From assembly GCA_964555135.1 (NCBI GenBank), contig CAZKRR010000003.1, positions 1 to 40,917 of the forward strand: DNA of 40,917 nt, written 5' to 3'. The notes under the pieces were generated by a model. That model saw nothing but the letters and a program-made list of their open reading frames with translations. It searched no databases and was not told the origin of the DNA. The translations under genes were made by a program, and so were the position numbers. The DNA is from an uncultured Nitrososphaeria archaeon (GTDB lineage Archaea; Thermoproteota; Nitrososphaeria_A; Caldarchaeales; Wolframiiraptoraceae). The stretch's first letter is position 1. The number at the start of each line of letters is the position of its first letter. Below are positions 1-9,646 of this stretch, in pieces.

Positions 1-55
1 TCTGAAATATGCAGTCGAAGTTCTGAGAGAAGAGAGAGTTTACCCATTACCATGA
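1..55 (+). CDS. C-terminal end of a probable DUF433-family antitoxin (truncated by the window edge)
   Basis: Frame from nt 2 reads LKYAVEVLREERVYPLP*, resembling DUF433 C-termini. The stop overlaps the ATG of a DUF5615-like ORF (ATGA), the usual pairing. Confidence 0.5.
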   Translation, partial: LKYAVEVLREERVYPLP

Positions 56-152
56 CTAAGCTCTTAGCTGATGAAAATGTGCCATAGAAACTGTGAAGAT
101 TCTGAAGAGTTGGAGCATAGATATTGTTTCGATAATAGATTTTTTCACATAA
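52..152 (+). pseudogene. DUF5615 / PIN-like toxin remnant
   Basis: MTKLLADENVP* (the LADEN N-terminal motif of DUF5615 PIN-like proteins). Continues in another frame as ETVKILKSWSIDIVSI, then terminates early. Confidence 0.6.
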
Positions 153-535
153 TTTAGTTCTTAATTTTTGTTTATGACTAAAGGATCTTCATTTCTCATC
201 AGTACAAACAACTTAAAACAAACTCTGTCTCGTGTAGACTTGTGAAGCATTTTGTATAGTAAAGGAACTCCAAGTGTAAAAAACCTTTATTATTTTCTCA
301 AAATTCTCTCGCAGCCTGTCTTTAATAGTTCCTTTACTTTAACGTAGATATCAATCTTTCCTCCTTCTTGGAGAATTCTATCTAAACATATCATGTATAC
401 ATAGAATAGTGTGTATTCCTAGATTTCTTCTCTAAAGAGTGTAAGCTCTCAGAGGATATTTTTAACCGAGCTTACAGGTTTTGACTTAGAATTGTTTAGA
501 GAAGATGTGATAAGCATTATTGTATGTTTTCTTTG

Positions 536-961
536 CTACCAATATTCTGGTTTTTCGCTTCCATGTAGTTTGCTTGAGTCTCTAAACCTCCATAAACCTT
601 TGAATGGAGAATCTATTATTATGTTTAGCGCCTCTATCGCAGCATCGCTTAAGAGTACTTCTCTTTCTATCTCAGATATTACTAGGTTTGATGTACATTT
701 AGAGTTCTCATCTCCAGCAACCACTACTACCTCGACGCCATCATCAATACAGTACATCTTAACTGGACCTCCAGCTGTCTCATAACTTTTAACCTTAGCT
801 CCTCTAGGTAGTTTAGGCCAGACTTCAAGCTCTTCAGCAAGCCTAACTGGGAGGAGGCATTCTGGCTTCTCGGTTTCATAACCTGCATTTAAGAGGGCTA
901 CTGTGCTGGCTTCTCTACCTGTCTGCAGGCTTCTAAGCTTTACTCTTACTCTTACACCCAT
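536..961 (-). CDS. Retropepsin-like (clan AA aspartic protease fold) archaeal protein with Asn in place of the catalytic Asp
   Basis: 141 aa. VALLNAGYE aligns with the AL(V/L)DTG motif; the C-terminal EVLLSDAAIEALNIIID resembles the second conserved segment of this fold. Confidence 0.6.
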   Translation of the reverse strand: MGVRVRVKLRSLQTGREASTVALLNAGYETEKPECLLPVRLAEELEVWPKLPRGAKVKSYETAGGPVKMYCIDDGVEVVVVAGDENSKCTSNLVISEIEREVLLSDAAIEALNIIIDSPFKGLWRFRDSSKLHGSEKPEYW

Positions 962-1266
962 GGATCATCTTCCTCTTAAGACTCGCTTCTACTATATGGC
1001 CTATCCTTGGAATCTTTTCAACTTCCCGTATCCTGCCAACCCTTAACCTAACCTTCATAGAGATTCTACTCCCTAAGAATCGTTCATCTTTGCTCTAAGA
1101 TAAATTTTCATAACCTATTCAAATATACAGCCAAAAGATTTACTGCAGCCTCTTCTCACTGCCTCCACAATACACATTTTCCAGACTTGCTCGAATCCGC
1201 GGCTCGAACAATAGTCTATCTCATGGCTTCTGGAGGTGGGGGCTTCTTTACCGTCCTGGTCTAGCG

Positions 1267-2304
1267 TTAATTTTTATTCGCTTCTCCTCTTTTCATGGGG
1301 TTTCTCGGGGTGAACGATTGAAGCTCTTACATCCCTCAAGCATCTATAGAGAAGGTTTCTAACAGCTATAACTTCTCTATCCTCCTCTGATCGCATCTTG
1401 GACGCTTCATCAGCCTATACCCATTTGAGCTTAGCTTTCCCCTACATCTTGGGTATAGGCTTGAAGTACCCTTAGTATCAACATACTTTACGTTTAGTCC
1501 TGTAAGCTTTCGCTTGTAGTCTATTATGTTCTGTAGCTTCCTAAAACTCCACCTATTCGACCTACCGTAAATCTCTCTCGAACATTTAACTCTCCTCCTT
1601 ATGTTTTTGAGTTCTTCTAGTATGATTTTTGAAGCTCCGGCTTTCCTTGCCTCACTGATTATCTAGTTAACAATCTTATGGTAAATGTATTCGATTCTCT
1701 TCTCTTCCACTATACTTCGCTAGTATAGGTTTCTCGTTCAGTCTAGGCTTGGATTGGGGCCTTCTATGCTTAAGAAAGTATGTCGTCCTTATCATCTTCT
1801 CGCAGGTCTTAATATTGGTAACATAGTCTCCTAAGTCGAAGACAATGTCATCTTCATTTATATGTACAGCTATTGCTTTCCCATTGGTTCTACGATTTCA
1901 ACAATCTTAGAGAAGATAACCTTCAGATAGAATTCATCCTCCCTCTTTAAGAGCCAAGCTTGACCTGGCCTCGCCTCTCTAAACTTCTCACGGTATGTTC
2001 CATAGAGTGACCTCAGCTTAATTCTACCATTCTCAGTAGCTATCGATGCTTCCCACCCCTCGAGGTCAAGGCTGAACAAGCAGTCATCCAACATTATTAC
2101 AAGCTTCTTGAAGGATGGCTTCTCTGCTTTCAGTCTTCTGAAGCCTGTAATCCTTCTCGTCGAAGCATATTTAGCTAGACTATTCAAGATTTCACTATAT
2201 GTTGAGAATAGGCTTTCAGGAATTAGTCCTCTTAGCTTGAAGCTTGCTGTAAGCTTAATAGTCTCTAACGGCAGACTCAACCACCATGAGTCTAGGAGTC
2301 TCAA
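1267..2304 (-). pseudogene. tnpB: Degenerate TnpB (IS200/IS605-IS607 RNA-guided nuclease) gene
   Basis: The N-terminal ORF (ETIKLTASFKL...GQAWLLKREDEFYLKVIFSK) is followed by out-of-frame pieces: AVHINED (RuvC-I, D lost), YHKIVN*IISEA, IILEELKNIR (RuvC-II), RWSFRKLQNIIDYK, YVDTKGTSSLYPRC and DREVIAVRNL (RuvC-III). Multiple stops and frameshifts. Confidence 0.85.
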
Positions 2305-2621
2305 TATACTTAGTCTTACCAGAGTAAGCCTGCCTCTCCACGGCTACATAGGATAAACTGGGGGCTCCGCAACCTCACCGACTATATACGGTTCTCCAGC
2401 ATCGAAATCACTAGAGTTATCGTGGACAATGAACTTTATGCTAAGAAGAAGTAGTTTCAAACTACATGAAACCCGTGAAACTGGGGAAACCTTGCAAGAA
2501 ACTGATAAACCAATCTATTTACTGATCATATAAGCCTAGCAACTATTATCAGTCCTTCATTTTCAAAGTTTATAATTGAGGGTGTCTTAGATCGTATTAG
2601 TCGTGATTAGACAGAAATTAA

Positions 2622-3095
2622 ATGGAGCGGAAGTTTGTTATGAAGAATGAAGATGAGTCTTCACTTGTGTTCTTCTTGTTGTCACATCATAGACCAGAGA
2701 AACTTCACAGGACTATTCGTATTTATATCAAGGGGAGGCATCTTTACCTTTGTGCTAGATGCACTGGAATATGGACAGGAATGATAAGTATCTTTGTTGC
2801 TTCTCTCTTTGGGCTTGACCTCCCCGCATGGCTCTACATTCTTTTATTAGCGGTACTTCCAGCGCCCGCCATGGTTGATTGGACTACTCAAAGTTGTAAA
2901 ATTAGGGAGAGTAAGAATTCTATACGAGTAGGAACAGGCTTTCTCCTCGGAATTGGTTGGGGGCTCTTCTTCCTGCTGTTAATGAGGGGTATGCTGTATT
3001 TGCTCCTAATCGGTCTGATGATTCTATGCGCGTACATCTTATTAGTATATGTAATCGCTTTGAAAACCAATTTTCTCAACGACTACTTTAATTAA
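2622..3095 (+). CDS. DUF2085-family membrane protein
   Basis: H-RP...LCARCTGIW motif, DWTTQ...RESKNSIRVGTGFLLG segment and about 4 hydrophobic helices. Confidence 0.75.
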   Translation: MERKFVMKNEDESSLVFFLLSHHRPEKLHRTIRIYIKGRHLYLCARCTGIWTGMISIFVASLFGLDLPAWLYILLLAVLPAPAMVDWTTQSCKIRESKNSIRVGTGFLLGIGWGLFFLLLMRGMLYLLLIGLMILCAYILLVYVIALKTNFLNDYFN

Positions 3096-3175
3096 GTAAG
3101 TTGCCTAAAGTAGGTAAGGATGTGCTATCCTTAGAAAAGCTTAAATTTACAGTGTTCCAATGTAGTCCGATCAGA

Positions 3176-3519
3176 ATGGTAGAAGAAGAGGGAAAAGAAA
3201 AAAGACAATATAATCTAGGCATATTGATTCTACTGGTCCTCCTTTGTTGGCCAGCTGCTATCATATACTATTTCACTAGGCCGAAAGTCAGGTCTGAACC
3301 GACAAGAATCTGCCAAGGGTGTGGAAGACGGATACCTTTGGAATCAAAGCATGCCCTTACTGTGGAAAGCCCATAGTTGAGCTGGCTCCTTGGGCAGCTC
3401 CTGCTGCACTGCCTCTACCGCCTCCACCACCTGGAGGAAAATTTTGTCCAAACTGTGGAGCAAGAGTAGATCCAGCTGCAAGGTTCTGTCCAAGCTGTGG
3501 AAAACAGTTAACGTCCTAA
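3176..3519 (+). pseudogene. Membrane-anchored double zinc-ribbon protein, split by a single frameshift near 3345
   Basis: MVEEEG...NLGILILLVLLCWPAAIIYY (TM), then CQGCG...ESK. The frame changes to ACPYCGKP, a Pro-rich linker and CPNCG...FCPSCGKQL. Joins ORFs 3101..3376 and 3319..3519. Confidence 0.75.
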
Positions 3520-3717
3520 AATCATAGCTTAGCTAGTGGGATCAGTATGCCTTATAACCTTACTGGATTATATAAGCTTTTTAATACGTACAGGATCATT
3601 TAGAGAAGACCTTTTTCATACATGACTATATGAGTTTTACGTTTGAATCTCATAGATCGGTAAAAATTATACTGAACTCATCTATCTTAATTTTTGTTTT
3701 TCAAAGCTATATTAGAG

Positions 3718-4055
3718 CTACTGAGGCAACTTATTTCCCAGTTTGAACGAAAACAGGAGCTCAAAGCGACCTGAGCTTCACAGTTTGGACAGAGGCGAGG
3801 TAGGGTGGACGACGGTGAAGCTGGAGAAGAGCTTGGGGCGGAGTTAAGATTGAACACGCACCGGCTATAGCTGAGTTCATTGCCACGACCCTTCTTTCTG
3901 ATGATCCGCTTTCGAAGATATATGAGTGCGTTTTCTCTCACCATAATTGGGATAATTAACGAGAAGATGCTCTGCACCAAATTTTCTTGAAGCCTCAACT
4001 CTTGTAATTGGTGGTGCAGCGGAATAATATGATTTGACTCTTCTTCATTTTTCAA
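3718..4055 (-). pseudogene. Degenerate zinc-ribbon protein
   Basis: Pro/Ser linker followed by LCPNCEAQVALSSCFRSN; a frameshifted tail gives GNKLPQ*. Matches a decayed CxxC...FCxxCG ribbon. Confidence 0.5.
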
Positions 4056-4675
4056 AATTATCCATCTTCCGACACGTGACTTTCCACTTCTAGATTTATT
4101 CTATTTACTAACTATTAGGCATCAAGTTTCCGCTCAAAGATTTTAATATCCCTGTTTTCGGGCTTATGTTATACTTCAGCCTTAAAATCACCGTCAATGC
4201 AGACTTTGAGAGGTCGGTCAGGCTACCTCAATTGGCTCTATAGCTACTGCTAACCATACAGTCCATCAGAATCAAGAAGGACTACGGCTTATCAATCCCC
4301 CTCAGTTGACGAAAATATGGAATAGCAGATAGATAGATTGCAAAGAGATATCCTCAGCCCTCCAAAGAAGGGGTGCTAAGTTTTACTAGTTCCAAAGATT
4401 TAGGCCTGTCTACCATTATCTGGATAGCTGGAGGCTGGCTGTAAATGAATAATCTAACCATATAGCTGATAATGTCTAGCTTTTTGTTTTTCAAGGATGA
4501 GAAGATATCTCATTTTATCTAACAGTGTTTGTAGCAGGAATAGATGATGACTAGTATCCCTAAGTTCAACAGTTGCGGAGCGCCCGGTTCTATCTTTGAC
4601 TTCTATAGTTTAAGTTAGAGAGTCCTTCTTAGAAGCCTCCCTACGAGGGCTTTGTGAGGACTGGAATAAAGCGAG

Positions 4676-5389
4676 TCAGCGTTTCGACTTGGCTTGACGA
4701 TGTAAGGAGTTACACATTTTAACAACAGTTTCATAGTTTTCTGGCGTGCAATAAATATGCATTTTTTTCCATGAGCCTTTCAGCATGACTACACGCTGCC
4801 TCGGATAAACTTTGACTTCACGGACACCCTTCCAACTCATACTCCAGGTTTGCTGGGACTCACCGAGCAGGGCAATTCCTACAGCCCCCGGTTTTCCAGA
4901 GAAAAGCCCCAGGAAGAACAATAACTCATTTATGACTGCATTCTTTCTTCTTGTTCCCCTGCGTGTTGTCCAACTTACCCCTCTGCTGTCAATCCTGAAA
5001 TGAACTTCATAGCGACTTCGATAGACAACCAAGAGAACAATAATGACAAGGAAGACAATTAGTCCTACTAAACCCAGAGCATACATCCAGCTTTGATCGT
5101 AGCCTCCTATCGATGGGCCGGAATAAACAGCCCAGAGAAGAATGATTATGATCACAAGGCTAGCTATCCCTACTGCTTTGAGTATATCTAAAGCCCAAAA
5201 ACGGTTGAAAAAGGGAATATCAAAATCCCATTCTAATTCTTGGGGAAGATCTGCTTCAGGTACCACAGATGCTGGTCTATGTATTGGCAGGGCTTCAGAT
5301 CTACGTATCTCCGCTCCACAGTTTTGGCAAAATCTCGCCTCTACTTTAATCCTAGTCTTGCAGTTTGGGCAGAAAACTTCTCTTGCCAC
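4676..5389 (-). CDS. N-terminal zinc-ribbon, two-TM membrane protein with a bacterial PH-like C-terminal domain
   Basis: CPNCK...FCQNCG, two strong TM segments, then YEVHFRIDSRGV...WKGVREVKVYPRQRVVML. GTG start. Confidence 0.7.
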   Translation of the reverse strand: MAREVFCPNCKTRIKVEARFCQNCGAEIRRSEALPIHRPASVVPEADLPQELEWDFDIPFFNRFWALDILKAVGIASLVIIIILLWAVYSGPSIGGYDQSWMYALGLVGLIVFLVIIVLLVVYRSRYEVHFRIDSRGVSWTTRRGTRRKNAVINELLFFLGLFSGKPGAVGIALLGESQQTWSMSWKGVREVKVYPRQRVVMLKGSWKKMHIYCTPENYETVVKMCNSLHRQAKSKR

Positions 5390-5605
5390 TCAAGCACGCA
5401 CCTGCTATGCAATCGTTTTATACAATTCGGCTACGTAGCTGCTATATATTTATTCCGATTAGAGAGACTTCACGTATTACCTTCAGCCCATCTAACCTCT
5501 GTTAGAAGCCTGGCTATCTAAGCTTCGCATATGAATGTTGTTAGGAGGCCTGCCAGCATAAGATAAAGTCAGCGATCTGAAAAATCAACCCTACACTTAC
5601 CAATA

Positions 5606-5872
5606 ATGTCTAGGAGGCCAGCATTGCTTAACAAACACTCCTTTAAGCTATTCTGGAAGCCTGGTGTATGGATCTGTATAGGATGCCTCCTGCTCTTTTA
5701 CGCTCTTAGATATGGTGACGTCTCAAGGGCCACACCATTAATACAAGTAGAGCCTCTATTCATATTCCTCCTCATATGATACTATCTTAAAAGTATAGAG
5801 AAGATAACGCCTAAACTTATTGTTGGCGGTATAACTATTATTCTAGGAGCTGTAATTGTAGTATTAGCTTAA
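5606..5872 (+). pseudogene. EamA/DMT transporter C-terminal fragment
   Basis: LLLFYALRYGDVSRATPLIQVEPLFIFLLI*YYLKSIEKITPKLIVGGITIILGAVIV: EamA signature with an internal TGA and no N-terminal half. Confidence 0.75.
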
Positions 5873-6009
5873 CATTCCAACTTGAAACACGCAGCTTAGG
5901 GAATTAGATACAATGTGTAAAGTTGCTAGCTCTGCGGCAGGAGACGTTAATCCTATGTTGCTTGAGCGCTATGAAGTAAAGAGAAACTACACGGCAAGCA
6001 AGAATTGAA

Positions 6010-6230
6010 GAGCGTATACACAGTTCACGGGATTGACGAGCTTTAGGGGGAAGATCCAAAAATTCCTGAGAAGAGAGTAGTTCCTCCTCCAAAAACTCGC
6101 TCAGGAGGGAGAAACTTAGCTAACGGTGTTCTGCATAAAATTGCGAAGTAGTCTGTGGACAGAGCGAAGGTTTAAAACTAATGCAGCCTCAAAGGAGAGT
6201 AGCGTGGATTAAGAGCAGGAGCATGAATAG
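6010..6230 (+). pseudogene. Possible second TnpB remnant
   Basis: Short read ANGVLHKIAK*SVDRAK resembles the TnpB DxLHKIA..IV..A helix; the rest is unreadable. Confidence 0.3.
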
Positions 6231-6428
6231 ATAGAAATAAAATATTGATTATCTGACAACGATTTGTGTGGAGCTATATACCTGGTCCAGAACCTCCTTT
6301 CCGGATAGTCTTCCCGGCTCAGAATCACTGGAGTTATCATAGTCGATGAACTCTACATGATAGATAGAAGTATTTTTCGACCTCCACTTATAGGTTAAAT
6401 TTATCAACTCTAAAATCTAAGGATTTGT

Positions 6429-6704
6429 ATGAACATTGAGGAAGTAATCGAGAAAATAGGAGATTTAGCTTACTATTATGAGCTTACATAACATGGCTGT
6501 TCTCAAAGCGTATTAAAAGCTATACAGGACAGCTTAACGTTCAAGGCTGCAACAGCATTTGCTGGTGGGGCTGCGAGAGCAGGGGAGATATGCGGATCAC
6601 TGATAGCCGGAATTATGGCTGTAAGTCTAGTTTATGGGAGGGATAGGCTTGAAGAATCAACGGTATCCAGTGGATATCTTAAGACTATGAAAACTAGCAG
6701 ATAG
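6429..6704 (+). pseudogene. C-GCAxxG-C-C family redox protein pseudogene
   Basis: MNIEE...YYYELT*HGCSQSVLKAIQDSL..KAATAFAGGAARAGEICGSLIAGIMAVSLVYGRD: in-frame TAA and a truncated C-terminus. Confidence 0.8.
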
Positions 6705-6867
6705 AGAGGCATAGCGTAATAATAGACTAAAACATGCTCGGCTTTAGGATGGAACTTTTGATTTTAGTTCACCATCGTTATCCACAGCTGAATCATTGAT
6801 ATGCACATATTAGTGGAGAGCTCGAGAAGATTAAGAGATTTGTAGGATTAAAATGTGGAAGGAACAT

Positions 6868-6881
6868 CAATGCTTATATAA
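6868..6881 (+). promoter_or_regulatory. Archaeal TATA box for the OCD-family gene (probably a leaderless transcript)
   Basis: TTATATAA at 6874-6881, 28 nt before the ATG at 6910. Confidence 0.55.
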
Positions 6882-6909
6882 GAGTTGATGGGGAGAGAGT
6901 TGGTTTTCT

Positions 6910-7881
6910 ATGATAGACTATATCTTATACTTGTCTAGAAAGGATATCGAGGCATTAAATATCTCAATCGATGAGGTTATTAAAGTTGTTGAAGAAGCTT
7001 TTTTAGAAAAAGCATCAGGGAAGGCTGAAATGCCTCCAAAGCCAGGTGTACACCCGAGACCTGATGCTTTCATACATGCGATGCCAGCCTACTTATCTGA
7101 GAGCAGGGTTGCAGGTATTAAGTGGGTTAGTGGATTCCCGGAAAATCCAATGCATGGTTTACCCTATATCTCCGGGCTTATAATCTTAAACGATGTGGAA
7201 ACAGGCTTCCCAGTATGCGTAATGGATGCTACCTGGGTTACGGCGAAAAGAACGGGCGCGGCAACAGCTGTTGCTGCAAAGTATCTAGCCGATGAAGATT
7301 CTAGAGTTTTCGGAATCCTTGGATGCGGTGTTCAGGGTAGATCTAACCTCGAAGCATTATTATCTCTATTTGATTTAGAAGAAGTAAAAGCATATGATAT
7401 AAATCCTCAAAACCTTAGAAGGTACGTTGAAGAGATGACGAGAAAATTCGGGGTAAAAATAATACCTGTAGATTCTCCTCGAAAGGCTGTGGAAGACGCA
7501 GACATAGTAGTTACTGCTGGGCCGATACTGAAGAATCCTACCCCAGTAATAGAGGCTTCATGGTTTAAGGATGGAGGTTTTGCGTGTCCACTAGACTTTG
7601 ATTCTTACTGGAAGCCAGAAGCATTACACTCAATGGATAAATTCTGTACCGATGATCTCGAGCAATTACTGTATTATAAGAGGCAAGGATACTTTAAAGA
7701 CATCCCTAATGTTTATGCAGAACTAAGTCAGATAGTAAGCGGAGAGAAAGAAGGTCGGTCGAGACCTGAAGAACGCATAATGTCTATGCATCTAGGAGTA
7801 GCAATCGAAGACATGGCCACCGCTAAACTCATATATGAAAGAGCAAAACAAAGAAGTATAGGAGAAAAACTCCAATATTAG
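6910..7881 (+). CDS. Ornithine cyclodeaminase / mu-crystallin family protein (archaeal alanine dehydrogenase-like)
   Basis: MPPK, HAMPAYL, GIKWVSGFPEN, DATWVTAKRTGAA, GILGCGVQG (Rossmann fold) and GVAIEDMATA motifs. Confidence 0.9.
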   Translation: MIDYILYLSRKDIEALNISIDEVIKVVEEAFLEKASGKAEMPPKPGVHPRPDAFIHAMPAYLSESRVAGIKWVSGFPENPMHGLPYISGLIILNDVETGFPVCVMDATWVTAKRTGAATAVAAKYLADEDSRVFGILGCGVQGRSNLEALLSLFDLEEVKAYDINPQNLRRYVEEMTRKFGVKIIPVDSPRKAVEDADIVVTAGPILKNPTPVIEASWFKDGGFACPLDFDSYWKPEALHSMDKFCTDDLEQLLYYKRQGYFKDIPNVYAELSQIVSGEKEGRSRPEERIMSMHLGVAIEDMATAKLIYERAKQRSIGEKLQY

Positions 7882-8509
7882 CTCTAGTTGTACACTCCGG
7901 TATACTCATTACCAAAACTAATACAGCAAGTCAAGGTGGAGTAGCCAAAAATTCTCTTAGACACGATGTAAGCATAAGCCGGCATCACCATATATTTACT
8001 ATTGAGAAGATTGTTAATGTATTGTGGAAATAAGAGCAATACTCAACGCTTAAACAGTAAGAGATAGCTATCTCAGAATTTCCAGAGGCAGCAGATCAGA
8101 AGCCTAGGGTTTTTAATGAGTGATAGAGAGGATAAGAAGGGATGGGAGGTAGAAGCTCTAGAGGACGCAGTAACTTTTTATGAGAAGCTGATAGGCTGCT
8201 CCTGAAAAGGTACTGAAATTTTCGAGAAGCTAGGAGTAAGCAAAACAAAATATAGAAAGATAGGAAAGTAGGGCAGTTATTCTACTCTCCCCTCTTGGTT
8301 CTAACTTTGTGCTCATCTTATGGATAAACCATATGACCTTTCAACACATCTACACCCTCTTCCATTCCAACGTATAGTAAAAACATAGATTGCTATCCCA
8401 ATCTATAAATGCTGAGTGGTTTTCTCATCAGTTTACCACATTTTATTGAAAGCCCGTCTTCTATCATATTTCTAGCATGCAGTAAGATGCCAGTAGATCC
8501 TAGGTGAGT

Positions 8510-8768
8510 TTATTGGTAAATCCTTTTTCTGATGTCTATCTTGACCACCACTATTTTCTCTTTCTCGTAAACCTCGAGTAATGCTCTATAATTTTCCTAC
8601 ACGTAGCCTGAAAGTGTCTGCTTCATCTGCAATCTTAAGAACGTTAAGTCTAACCGCTGGAAAACCCTCAAGCAGCTTAAGCTTGTCAACTATACATTGC
8701 CTATCTTTGATTTATAGATTCTTTAAGAAATTGTATGCCCTTTTATAGATGAGAACTCTAAACTTCAT
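8510..8768 (-). pseudogene. relE: RelE/ParE-family toxin pseudogene
   Basis: MKFRVLIYKRAYNFLKNL*IKDRQCIVDKLKLL...TFRLRVGK, frameshift, YRALLEVYEKEKIVVVKIDIRKRIYQ*. The RLRVGxYR RelE motif carries one stop and one frameshift. Confidence 0.85.
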
Positions 8769-8943
8769 TAAGAGACTTCAACTTGCTAAAGTGTTTGTTC
8801 CTAACAATTTCATCTGCCTCCTTCAACAACACGGGCTCCTCAGTAGTTAGGAAAACATCTTTAAGAAACTCCCTTAACTCATCAAGCTTCCTCCCAATTT
8901 CTTCGATCTTCTCCAAAACAGTTTCGCCCAAGAAAACATTCAT
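8758..8943 (-). CDS. Putative RelB-type antitoxin
   Basis: Small acidic helical ORF (LTTEE..LLKEADE...KSLNEV) overlapping the start of the relE pseudogene. Start position uncertain. Confidence 0.6.
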   Translation of the reverse strand: MNVFLGETVLEKIEEIGRKLDELREFLKDVFLTTEEPVLLKEADEIVRNKHFSKLKSLNEV

Positions 8944-9607
8944 ATAAACACTACTTTTATAGACCTTCAACCTCAATGACGCAACAATGCAATTTTTCAC
9001 CCTTTTTATTAAAATATTATTTTAGGAACGAAGATATTTTAAGGAGAAACCGAGAGAGCTTAACAAAAGATAATTTTTTCCATATTCTAGAGAACTTATT
9101 ATGAATATTGATTCATTGCTCTTCTTCTAACGTAATATCCTGACGATAGAATAAATGGAGGCCTAGGATTACCAGCTAGAAGCACAATATTCATAACATG
9201 GGAAGTAGTCTCAACCATTAGGAAAATTTCAATTCTAGAATGAGACTCAGAAGAAAGATAACTCATGTTTGTTAAAGTCGGAATACGTATACATCACTAT
9301 GGCAGGAAAAGCAAGCCTGATGGCTGCTTAGGAGCTGTTAAACATTTATTCAATCTAGTACGTTAACTGATAGAACGATAATCATCCTCATCAATGGGAG
9401 ACTACTAAGACATGAGAATCTACTGAATTGAGCAGGCGGTCAAGCATGCTTTACCAGTAATTTATCGTATACGCATCTCCCAGATGCATGCTAATACATG
9501 GATATATCGGTGATATGTCAGATCTGATATTGAGAATGTAGAGAGAAGGTAGAGGAGACTAGGCCGGGGATGTAAGAAAGAGCGTATAGGTATGACGTTT
9601 TTCTGAT

Positions 9608-9622
9608 TAAAAGCTTATATTT
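9608..9622 (+). promoter_or_regulatory. BRE/TATA promoter of the ABC operon
   Basis: AAAAGCTTATATTT about 26 nt upstream of the GTG at 9647. Confidence 0.5.
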
Positions 9623-9646
9623 ATTTTCGATTTTAAATTTCTACGT

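Noticed and set aside
6489-6491. In-frame stop of the C-GCAxxG-C-C gene as possible recoding (Sec/Pyl)
   Set aside because: The codon is TAA at a probable Tyr position, and the gene is also truncated, so it is simple decay.
7900-8500. Short purine-rich reading frames (MSDREDKKGWEVEALED...)
   Set aside because: Probably a decayed gene, but there is no identifiable motif.
9000-9600. Possible gene fragments upstream of the ABC operon
   Set aside because: Frames are short and stop-ridden; no family could be assigned.
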